NCBI GenBank assembly: GCA_963665665.1
Contig: OY762428.1
Coordinates: forward strand, 224,001-288,000
Direction of reading: 5' to 3'
DNA length: 64,000 bases
Source of the DNA: Candidatus Kapaibacterium sp.
Lineage (GTDB): Bacteria > Bacteroidota > Ignavibacteria > Kapaibacteriales > UBA2268
Position numbers and translations under genes: made by a program. This document shows positions 56,510 to 64,000 of the stretch, one piece after another. How positions within the stretch are numbered: position 1 is the stretch's first letter; every line of letters begins with the position of its first letter. The notes beneath the pieces are model-generated. The model ran no database searches. It saw only the letters and a program-made list of their open reading frames with translations, and had not been told where the DNA came from.

Positions 56510-58284
56510 GATTTATTTTCAATCCTTTGTAAATGTGGTAATCTTACTTTGAAAGTGGTACCGGCCCCAGGCCTGCTCGACAGATCGATATTACCATCCA
56601 ATGCTTCAAGAGAACGCAATACTACTGACATTCCCAATCCTGTTCCGGAAATTTTACCTACATTTTCACCGCGGTAAAACAATTCAAATATTTTTTCCTG
56701 CTCATGTTCTGCTATGCCAATACCATAGTCCTTAATTGTAAAATTAGAAACTGTTTCGTCACAATCCAAATAAAATTCTACAGGAGTATTTTCAGCAGAA
56801 TACTTTATTGCGTTTGTAAGCAAGTTAACTACAATATTTCTTAATATTTTGGGATCAGTAAAAATTTTATCTTCAAGCCCTTTGTAAGAATAATTAATCT
56901 GTCTGTCATTATCCATACTAAGCTTCAAATCAGAAATTAATTGCTGGCAGTAATCCCTTATATTTATCTTCGAAGGTTTAAGCTTAACTTTGTCGGAATC
57001 AGTCTGGCCAATAAAAATTGCGTTTTCAATCAGGTCTTTCATAAAGTCAACAGTTTTCATAATCCTTTGCAGGTATTCCGATTTCTCGCTACCAGTAAGC
57101 TTTTTATCAAATTTTTCGATTATCTGGGCTGAAGTCCTAATTATTGTTAGCGGAGTCCGGAATTCATGTGACACCATACTGACAAAACCTGTTTTAAGTT
57201 CATTCAGAACTTTTTCCCTTTTCAGCATTTTTAATATTTCGTTCTCGGCTCTTTCCCTTACAGCAATTTGTTCTTTTAGTGTATGAACAAGAACCTGAAG
57301 CTCCTCGGTTCTTTCCTGAACTTTTAATTCAAGCAACTCATTGGCATCCTTCAGAGCTAACTCAGCTTTTTTCCGTTCGCTGATATCAAGGAAACTTTCA
57401 ATCCTGTACGATATAGTACCTACTTTAATTAAGGAAGTAGTTCTTAATATTGGAATTATCCTATCATCAATAGTTCTGAGTTCAGACTCAAAGTTCATGG
57501 CATAAGGGAATTCTTCATCGCTTTCCGGAAGATCGGAATCAGTGTAATCAAGGAATTCAAGATAGTTCATTCCGCTAATGTCTTTACCTTCAATTCCAAT
57601 TATTGACAACGAAACAGGATTCGCCTTTAAAATCTTATCTGTTTCTGCATCAATAACAAGAATACCTGTATGTACGGAGTTAAATATTGTATCAAGTTCT
57701 CTTTTGTTTTGAACAAGGTCCATGGTTCTGGCCGCCACCTTTTGTTCAAGAATATCTTTTGTATTACTAAGTTTTTTATTCAATAAAGAATTGCGAATGG
57801 AACCGGCAAAATATCCCCCGAACAAGGCACATGACCTGAAAAAATTCTCTTCATTTCTTATACGAAATTCGTCGAATGTATTTATCACCAATCCGATTAT
57901 TCCGTTTGTTGAAACAAGGGGGATTATCAAGGAATCAAAACTAAATTCCGGCGAATCGTTTTTCCTTTTTAAGATTACATCAATTGAATTTAAAGCTTTT
58001 CCGATAAGGCCGGAATTGATCATTTTATCGAAACTTTTTTCAATGGTTGGCCCGTAATGGGCAGGCAATGTAATTTTTAGTTCAAAATCGAAAGTATTCT
58101 GATTAACCAGAAATATTGAACAAGAAATTGTATTTTCAATTGAATTGAATACCTCGAGCCCGTCCTGGATTATATCTTTCAATTTTTTTGTAGCACTTTG
58201 CGATTCCATATAATTGTGAACCGAATCAAGGAAATGTTTTATTCCAAAATTCAGCCCGTCATCAATATTTTTCCCAAGTTCCAT
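56506..58284 (-). CDS. Cytoplasmic PAS-domain sensor histidine kinase (GAF-like N-terminus)
   Basis: No TM; PAS ending LDISERKKAE; SHEFRTPL; NLLTNAIKYS; DYGIG; GTGLG. Confidence 0.92.
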   Translation of the reverse strand: MELGKNIDDGLNFGIKHFLDSVHNYMESQSATKKLKDIIQDGLEVFNSIENTISCSIFLVNQNTFDFELKITLPAHYGPTIEKSFDKMINSGLIGKALNSIDVILKRKNDSPEFSFDSLIIPLVSTNGIIGLVINTFDEFRIRNEENFFRSCALFGGYFAGSIRNSLLNKKLSNTKDILEQKVAARTMDLVQNKRELDTIFNSVHTGILVIDAETDKILKANPVSLSIIGIEGKDISGMNYLEFLDYTDSDLPESDEEFPYAMNFESELRTIDDRIIPILRTTSLIKVGTISYRIESFLDISERKKAELALKDANELLELKVQERTEELQVLVHTLKEQIAVRERAENEILKMLKREKVLNELKTGFVSMVSHEFRTPLTIIRTSAQIIEKFDKKLTGSEKSEYLQRIMKTVDFMKDLIENAIFIGQTDSDKVKLKPSKINIRDYCQQLISDLKLSMDNDRQINYSYKGLEDKIFTDPKILRNIVVNLLTNAIKYSAENTPVEFYLDCDETVSNFTIKDYGIGIAEHEQEKIFELFYRGENVGKISGTGLGMSVVLRSLEALDGNIDLSSRPGAGTTFKVRLPHLQRIENKS

Positions 58285-58320
58285 ATAAACCGGATTAATT
58301 GAAAAGAAGATAATATGAAA

Positions 58321-59178
58321 TTATGCCTTTAAAAGCAAATTAACCGATTCCTGAAATTGCAGATTAATCAAATCAAGATTTTTTGAAAATGCTTTTTCAG
58401 GAATATTCAGATTGTTCCAAACAATAAAATTTGGTTTGGGAACCATATTGTTTTCGCCCAGGAATCCGAGTTCGAGCATATATGCTGCAATATCAGCAAT
58501 ATGAACGCAGGCTACCAAATCATCATATTTACCGTCAATCAAGCCTGAAGAATGGAAACAAATTGCATTTTTTAAATTTTTGGGCAATTTCCATTTTTCT
58601 GCAATAAGGTCACCCGCAACGGAATGTGTAATACCAAGAAGCTGTTTTTCTGCTTCCTTGTGGGTAATACCATTTAGAATGGCATAATTAATTACTTCTT
58701 CGTATTCTTCAGGAAAAAATTTGAAGAAAAATAATTTTCCAATATCATGAAGAATACCTGCAGTAAAGAAATTATCAAGCCTTTTAATACCTGCTTCCCT
58801 GCCAATAATTCTTGATATCACCCCAACAGCTATTGAATGTTTCCAAAGATCTACAGGATTCAGACCTTTCTTTTCATGATTATCCATATCACCGAAAATT
58901 TTGATGATAGACAGGGCAATCACCAGGTTTTTCACTTCCTGAAACCCTAAAAATGAAATAGCTTCGGTTACAGTCTCAACTCTTTGCGGAATTCCATAGA
59001 TCGAAGAATTTGCAGCTCTCAGCAACTTCGATGAAGAAGATTGGTCTTTGGAGATTACTCTTGCTGCATCGTGAAAAGTTGACCTTGGGTTGTCAATAAC
59101 TTCAGTCAATGCGATATACACCGTTGGTAATGTCGGGAATTCATGGAATTTATTTAATATCTCATCAATTTTTAGCAT
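58321..59178 (-). CDS. Stand-alone HDOD domain protein
   Basis: FPTLP, D..SSKLLRAANS, LWKHSIAVG, AGILHDIGKL, H...G..IAEKWKLP. Confidence 0.92.
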   Translation of the reverse strand: MLKIDEILNKFHEFPTLPTVYIALTEVIDNPRSTFHDAARVISKDQSSSSKLLRAANSSIYGIPQRVETVTEAISFLGFQEVKNLVIALSIIKIFGDMDNHEKKGLNPVDLWKHSIAVGVISRIIGREAGIKRLDNFFTAGILHDIGKLFFFKFFPEEYEEVINYAILNGITHKEAEKQLLGITHSVAGDLIAEKWKLPKNLKNAICFHSSGLIDGKYDDLVACVHIADIAAYMLELGFLGENNMVPKPNFIVWNNLNIPEKAFSKNLDLINLQFQESVNLLLKA

Positions 59179-59179
59179 T

Positions 59180-59509
59180 TTACTCTTGTATCATTTCTTC
59201 TTTTGCTCTTTGAATCACTGAACTTATGAACATATCCTTTTCATAACCATTTCTCGGACGCCATTTCATTTTCGATAAAATATATTTTCCGGCATTGTCC
59301 ATTTGCGATTTTGATAGTACAATATTCTCATTATCACCTTCTGTAACAATACTTACCTGAAAAATATTCCAGGTACGTAAAATCCTGAAATGATTGCATG
59401 TTAGTTCGATACCAGCAGGAAGCAATACCTGACCGAAATTATTTGTAATCGGGTTTGCAAGTATCATTCCTTCCTGTAATTCATTAATATTTAATATCCT
59501 GCTCATCAC
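59180..59509 (-). CDS. Small protein resembling the N-terminal cap domain of HD-GYP/HDOD proteins
   Basis: INELQEGMILANPI.N.FGQVLLPAGIELT..H.RIL..WNI..V. Confidence 0.75.
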   Translation of the reverse strand: MMSRILNINELQEGMILANPITNNFGQVLLPAGIELTCNHFRILRTWNIFQVSIVTEGDNENIVLSKSQMDNAGKYILSKMKWRPRNGYEKDMFISSVIQRAKEEMIQE

Positions 59510-59558
59510 TCTGTCCAGTATTTTTTTATCTTTTTTCCAGTAATTTCCATGCCAATTT

Positions 59559-60413
59559 TTAAGCTACAAAATTTATCGAGTCGAACATTGTTTCATAACT
59601 TTCAAAAACAATCTGCTCGATCTCATCAAATAAATTATCCGGAAGCCCGAGTAATTCCCAAACATTGATATTTGGTTCGGGAATCAATCCCATTCCGTTC
59701 GTTTCAGAGAACAACAGCATGTGGGAGGCCACGTTAGCAATATGAATTACAGCCGTGGTTTTTTCAAAACCGCCCTCTACAAGGCCATTTTCATGATATC
59801 TGGTAACATTCCTGATATTTTCCGGTAAATTCCATTTTTCTGCTATCAATTCCCCAATCTCCGTATGGTTTATACCGATTTTTTCTGTTTCGGCTTCATA
59901 CGGATAACACCCGATTTCATTCATGTATCGCATTGCAGCAGCATATTCAAGCGGCATAAACTTGAAGAAAAAAAGTTTGCCAATATCATGCAAAATACCG
60001 GCCAGAAAATAATCCTCTATTGATGAGAAATTAAGTTTTTCTGCAATTATCCTTGCAATACTGCCCACCGCTATAGAATGTTTCCACAATATCAATGGAT
60101 TGATCTCGGCAATGGTGCGGTCATTTTCGAACAAATTAATTACAGACATCGCAAAAATAAGATTTCTTGTTTCCTCAAGGCCAATAAGCGATACAGCCCT
60201 GTATAAAGTATCAATTTTTCCTCTGGTTCCGTATAATGGGGAATTAGCTGCTTTTAAAATCTTCAAAGAAGCTGCCTGATCAACAGATATTAAATTTGCA
60301 GCATCCTTTGAACTGGAATGAGGATCGGCTATCATATCTATCAACCTGGTATATATACCCGGCAAAGTAGGTAATTCTTCAATATTTTTTAAAGCTTTTT
60401 CAACAGCATTCAT
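59559..60413 (-). CDS. Stand-alone HDOD domain protein (paralog)
   Basis: LPTLP, KILKAANSP.YG, LWKHSIAVG, AGILHDIGKL, IAEKWNLP. Confidence 0.92.
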   Translation of the reverse strand: MNAVEKALKNIEELPTLPGIYTRLIDMIADPHSSSKDAANLISVDQAASLKILKAANSPLYGTRGKIDTLYRAVSLIGLEETRNLIFAMSVINLFENDRTIAEINPLILWKHSIAVGSIARIIAEKLNFSSIEDYFLAGILHDIGKLFFFKFMPLEYAAAMRYMNEIGCYPYEAETEKIGINHTEIGELIAEKWNLPENIRNVTRYHENGLVEGGFEKTTAVIHIANVASHMLLFSETNGMGLIPEPNINVWELLGLPDNLFDEIEQIVFESYETMFDSINFVA

Positions 60414-60748
60414 TTACTTTTTCCGTCGTCGTTTCGGGATATTTTCATCATAAGTTGTTTTAAAGCAGTATGAAAAAGATTTTTCTCTATTGCATTGCTC
60501 GGCGTCCACTTCATCCTGCTTTTAAGAATTTTATCTGCTAAAGCCCTTATTCCGTCATCTTCAAGAATTTCATCGTCTGTTTCTTCCTTAATCCGTATTT
60601 CATCAACATTCCAGATTCTAAACAGTTTGATATGCCTATCCACCAGCTCAAGGCCGTCAGGTGCTATTTGCTGGCCATACTTGTTGTAGATGTTGCCAAA
60701 AAGCACCATCCCTTCCTGTATTTCATCTATTTTTATAATTTTAGACAT
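60410..60748 (-). CDS. Small protein, paralog of 59180..59509
   Basis: IDEIQEGMVL..IYNKYGQ..AP.GLEL...HIKLF.IWNV; shared K..MKW.P.N..EK..F motif; start set at ATG 60748. Confidence 0.75.
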   Translation of the reverse strand: MSKIIKIDEIQEGMVLFGNIYNKYGQQIAPDGLELVDRHIKLFRIWNVDEIRIKEETDDEILEDDGIRALADKILKSRMKWTPSNAIEKNLFHTALKQLMMKISRNDDGKSK

Positions 60749-60749
60749 A

Positions 60750-61514
60750 TCAATCATTTAAATAGTTTAATCTAGAAATTCTCTCATCGTCAGTGAACTG
60801 ATATTTAACCGGGCTGACCGTAACATAACCAATATCAAGGGAGTAATCATCACTTTTTGGGGATATATCGTTTTTGTTCATATCTCCGGCAAACCAGAAA
60901 TAATCCCTTCCAAAAGGATCTGTTCTTTTTTCGTAATGATCCTTCCAGATATTATCACTGACAGTGGTTATCTTCATACCCTTAATTTCATCTTCCGGCA
61001 AATTTGGGACATTCACATTCAAAAGCAGATCTTTTTCACTGTTATCAATAACTTTTGAAGCGATTTTTTTCGAATATTCCGCAGCAATAGCACAATCACT
61101 TGAATGAATATAGGAATCAAGAGAAACAGCTATGGAGGGAATTCCAAGCAGGTATCCCTCGGTTGCAGCTGATACTGTACCGGAATATAGAATATTAATT
61201 GCGGTATTTCTTCCAAAGTTAATCCCGGATATTATCAGGTCGGGTTTTCTTTCGGTAAGAGCAGACAGAGCCAGTTTTACACAATCACAGGGAGTGCCGT
61301 TAACTGCATACCCGAAAAACTCGCCGTTACGTCTGAATTTTGTTGCCCTGAGCGGCCTGGCAACTGTCAGTGCATGCCCAACAGCACTTTGCTGCCTGTC
61401 GGGAGCAATTACAACAGTATCGCCAATTGATTTCATTGCTTTCATTAATTCGAAAATACCCGGTGAATCTATTCCATCGTCGTTCGTTACTAATATAAAA
61501 GGTTTTTGCATCAA
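60750..61514 (-). CDS. surE: 5'/3'-nucleotidase SurE
   Basis: ILVTNDDG, GTPCDCV, SGINFG.N, YSGTVSAATEG, LLNVNVP. Confidence 0.96.
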   Translation of the reverse strand: MMQKPFILVTNDDGIDSPGIFELMKAMKSIGDTVVIAPDRQQSAVGHALTVARPLRATKFRRNGEFFGYAVNGTPCDCVKLALSALTERKPDLIISGINFGRNTAINILYSGTVSAATEGYLLGIPSIAVSLDSYIHSSDCAIAAEYSKKIASKVIDNSEKDLLLNVNVPNLPEDEIKGMKITTVSDNIWKDHYEKRTDPFGRDYFWFAGDMNKNDISPKSDDYSLDIGYVTVSPVKYQFTDDERISRLNYLND

Positions 61515-61627
61515 CTTTCACCTTAAAATTACCGAATCAATTTTAAATTAAATTCCTATTAACGTTTTTTCATCTTTCCCTGTGCGAAAATAAACAATAA
61601 AAATATCAATGTCAATAGCCGAAGCAA

Positions 61628-63049
61628 TTATATATATCTGGAAATATCATTATAAACAATAAATGCCATAAGTGCCAGGAGTATGATTATACCGAACTGC
61701 TGTATTCTCATTTTAACATTTACCGACACCTCGCGCCTGATAACCGCTTCAATTATAATAAAAACAAGATGCCCGCCGTCAAGCGCAGGGAAGGGGAAAA
61801 TATTTATAAGAGCCAGTGAAATTGACAATAATGCCATAAAATTTAGAAAGTTAACAATTCCTTTTTTTGCCTGGTCCGACGAAGCAACTGCGATAGCAAT
61901 TGGGCCGCCAAGTGATTTTTTTACAGATATGTTACCTTTGAATATCTGAGCAATTGAGCTTACGAATAAATCCATAGCCCTGTATGTTTGGCTGAAGCCC
62001 ATTGTCAGAGACTGCCCCAAACCAAATTCCTTAGTAGCCTTTTTCCCTGTATAAAGATCATTTAAGGCAACCCCTATCATTCCTTTGGAATTAGTTGTAA
62101 TGGTGTCAGAAAGTATTTTACTATCACGTTTCCAGCTCATTACAAAAGGTTTGCTTTTATTTGCCTGCAAAATATCCTGAAACTCTTTGAAAGAATTTAT
62201 GGCTTCCCCATCAACAGATAAAATTGTATCTCCTGCTTTCATACCAGCTTTTCCGGCAGGTTGAATTTTATCAACAGCCGTCAGGATGGTTAATAGTTTA
62301 TCCGGGGTCATTCCAAATATGGAATAATCATTTCCCTGGGCATTTACCATGGATTTTACAATCTCTTCACCGTCTGCTTTTGTTTCAAACTTTTCGCCAT
62401 TTCTTTCATATTTAATAAGTTTATCTTTTCCGAAATCATCCAGCCTCATTTTCTCGGACAGTGTATTCCAGTCTGATACCTGGTTTCCATTAACACTAAG
62501 AATTTTATCTCCCGGCAGAATACCGGCCTTTGCAGCAATTGATTTTGGCTGTACATAAGCTACCGTGGTAGTAGAAGCAACTGACTCGCCTTTGAAAAAA
62601 ATGATACCTGAAAAGATAAAGTATGCAAGAATGATATTCATTATCACTCCGGCACTTATCACAAAAGCTTTCTGGAAGGTATTCTTTGATCTGAATTCCC
62701 AGGGCTGTGGTTCTGTTTCAACATAGTCGGTATCCATACTTTCGTCAACCATGCCTGCAATTTTCACGTAACCTCCGATAGGGAAAACAGCAATTCGGTA
62801 ATCGCAATGACCGTTCAGGTCAATTTCGTCCTCACTGTCTGTGCCGTCTTCATTCTTTTTCCTTGGCATGGGGCCAAAAGTAAAGCCTGTTATCCTGTTC
62901 CAGCCAAAAAGCCTGGTACCCATTCCGATTGAAAAAACATCAGTTCTCATCCCGGAAATACGGGCAGCAATGAAATGCCCGAATTCATGGATTAATACTA
63001 ATACGCCAATTACAATTATAAAATAAAATAAGCTGCTGATAAAATCCAT
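61628..63049 (-). CDS. rseP: RIP metalloprotease RseP (two PDZ domains)
   Basis: HEFGH, PIGGYVK, two PDZ domains, NIFPFPALDGGH. Confidence 0.95.
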   Translation of the reverse strand: MDFISSLFYFIIVIGVLVLIHEFGHFIAARISGMRTDVFSIGMGTRLFGWNRITGFTFGPMPRKKNEDGTDSEDEIDLNGHCDYRIAVFPIGGYVKIAGMVDESMDTDYVETEPQPWEFRSKNTFQKAFVISAGVIMNIILAYFIFSGIIFFKGESVASTTTVAYVQPKSIAAKAGILPGDKILSVNGNQVSDWNTLSEKMRLDDFGKDKLIKYERNGEKFETKADGEEIVKSMVNAQGNDYSIFGMTPDKLLTILTAVDKIQPAGKAGMKAGDTILSVDGEAINSFKEFQDILQANKSKPFVMSWKRDSKILSDTITTNSKGMIGVALNDLYTGKKATKEFGLGQSLTMGFSQTYRAMDLFVSSIAQIFKGNISVKKSLGGPIAIAVASSDQAKKGIVNFLNFMALLSISLALINIFPFPALDGGHLVFIIIEAVIRREVSVNVKMRIQQFGIIILLALMAFIVYNDISRYI

Positions 63050-63079
63050 TTTAAGTTAATGTTTTTGTTGATAATTATA

Positions 63080-64000
63080 TTAAATTACTGATCTCAAATC
63101 ATCTGCGATTTCTCTCGCAAATGAATCTGTTTCCAAAATATCTTCAATAGACGGATTATTAATAAAAGAAATTTTCTCGGTTGTGGAATTTATTATCTCC
63201 GGAATATCATTGAAACGAATTTCCCTGTTCAGGAAAGCCGCAACGGCAACTTCATTGGCAGCGTTCAAGGCAGCAGGAATATTTCCTCCCCTATCCAGTG
63301 CTTTGAATGCAAAAGACAGGCAGGGAAATTTTTCATAATCGGGTTTCTCAAAACTCAGGTCTGTAGTCAAAGACAAATCAAGTCTTGGAAAATCGTAATC
63401 CAGGTGATCCGGATAATTTATAGCATAAGCTATTGGAACCCTCATATCGGGCATTCCAAGCTGCGCTTTAACGGATCCGTCACGAAACACCACCATTGAA
63501 TGAACAATGGACTGAGGATGTACGAGTACATCCAATCTATCAAGGCCGGTATCGAACAGCCAATAGGCTTCGATAAGTTCAAAACCTTTGTTCATCAGAG
63601 TAGCTGAATCAATTGTAATTTTGTTGCCCATACTCCAGTTAGGATGGTCCAGAGCCTGTTCAACAGTAATATTCTTAAATTCCGATTTATCGATTTTTCT
63701 GAAAGGGCCGCCTGATGCAGTTAAAATAACTTTTTCGATCTGTTCGTTCTTTTCACCTGCCAAACATTGGAGAACAGCACTATGTTCACTGTCAACAGCA
63801 AGAATTTCTGCATTATTATTTTTTGCCTCACTCATAATTATCGAGCCGGCGCTCACCAATGTTTCTTTATTAGCCAGAGCTATTAATTTTCCTTTTTTTA
63901 CAGCCGCCAGTGTCGGTTCCACCCCTGCAAATCCCACAAGCGATGATAAAATAATATCATTATCATCTGCTACAGCGGCTTCAATCAGGCCTTCTCTTCC
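63080..64000 (-). CDS. dxr: 1-deoxy-D-xylulose 5-phosphate reductoisomerase (5' truncated by window edge)
   Basis: Frame open to 64000; ALANKE, VDSEHSA, TASGGPF, HPNWSMGNKITIDSATLMNKG.E, NAANEVAV. Confidence 0.97.
   Translation of the reverse strand, partial: GREGLIEAAVADDNDIILSSLVGFAGVEPTLAAVKKGKLIALANKETLVSAGSIIMSEAKNNNAEILAVDSEHSAVLQCLAGEKNEQIEKVILTASGGPFRKIDKSEFKNITVEQALDHPNWSMGNKITIDSATLMNKGFELIEAYWLFDTGLDRLDVLVHPQSIVHSMVVFRDGSVKAQLGMPDMRVPIAYAINYPDHLDYDFPRLDLSLTTDLSFEKPDYEKFPCLSFAFKALDRGGNIPAALNAANEVAVAAFLNREIRFNDIPEIINSTTEKISFINNPSIEDILETDSFAREIADDLRSVI

Noticed and set aside
21591-61551. Long antisense ORFs (e.g. 21591..22130, 36709..37167, 40494..41045, 50683..51150, 61132..61551)
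   Set aside because: Shadow frames opposite well-supported genes.
1-64000. tRNA, rRNA, tmRNA, prophage or integrase genes
   Set aside because: None recognised by eye; a tRNAscan-SE or Rfam run would be needed to exclude small RNAs fully.

Overview
AT-rich, gene-dense chromosomal window from a diderm LPS-producing bacterium. Gene content (split gcvPA/gcvPB, ExbB-ExbD-ExbD-TonB-PBP-TPR cluster, peptidase-propeller-Omp85 protein, clear Shine-Dalgarno sites) suggests the FCB group, probably Ignavibacteria/Ca. Kapabacteria-like; this is inference. Most of the window is housekeeping: glycine cleavage P subunits, folD, a pseudouridine synthase, sucC, a leucine-degradation (MCC/liu) cluster, yceD-rpmF-plsX-fabH-fabD-fabG-acpP-fabF-rnc, a TonB operon, prmC, pyrB, HU, pgpA/pgsA/tpiA/lptC/kdsA, comB-ftsK and surE-rseP-dxr. 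Unexplained or accessory elements: (1) a ~590-bp array of 28 in-register 21-bp units that switches from one sequence family to a related one halfway, in a 1.5-kb convergent intergenic region; (2) a four-gene operon of two CHASE2 membrane sensors with no output domain plus two paralogous exported proteins; (3) a duplicated [small protein + stand-alone HDOD] module ahead of two histidine kinases; (4) a SoFic-like gene with its own promoter/operator followed by a degenerate attC-like site; (5) an Rpn-family nuclease; (6) a REP-like palindrome family found downstream of four genes. No rRNA, tRNA or CRISPR array was seen. Family assignments are from motif recognition by eye, not database searches.
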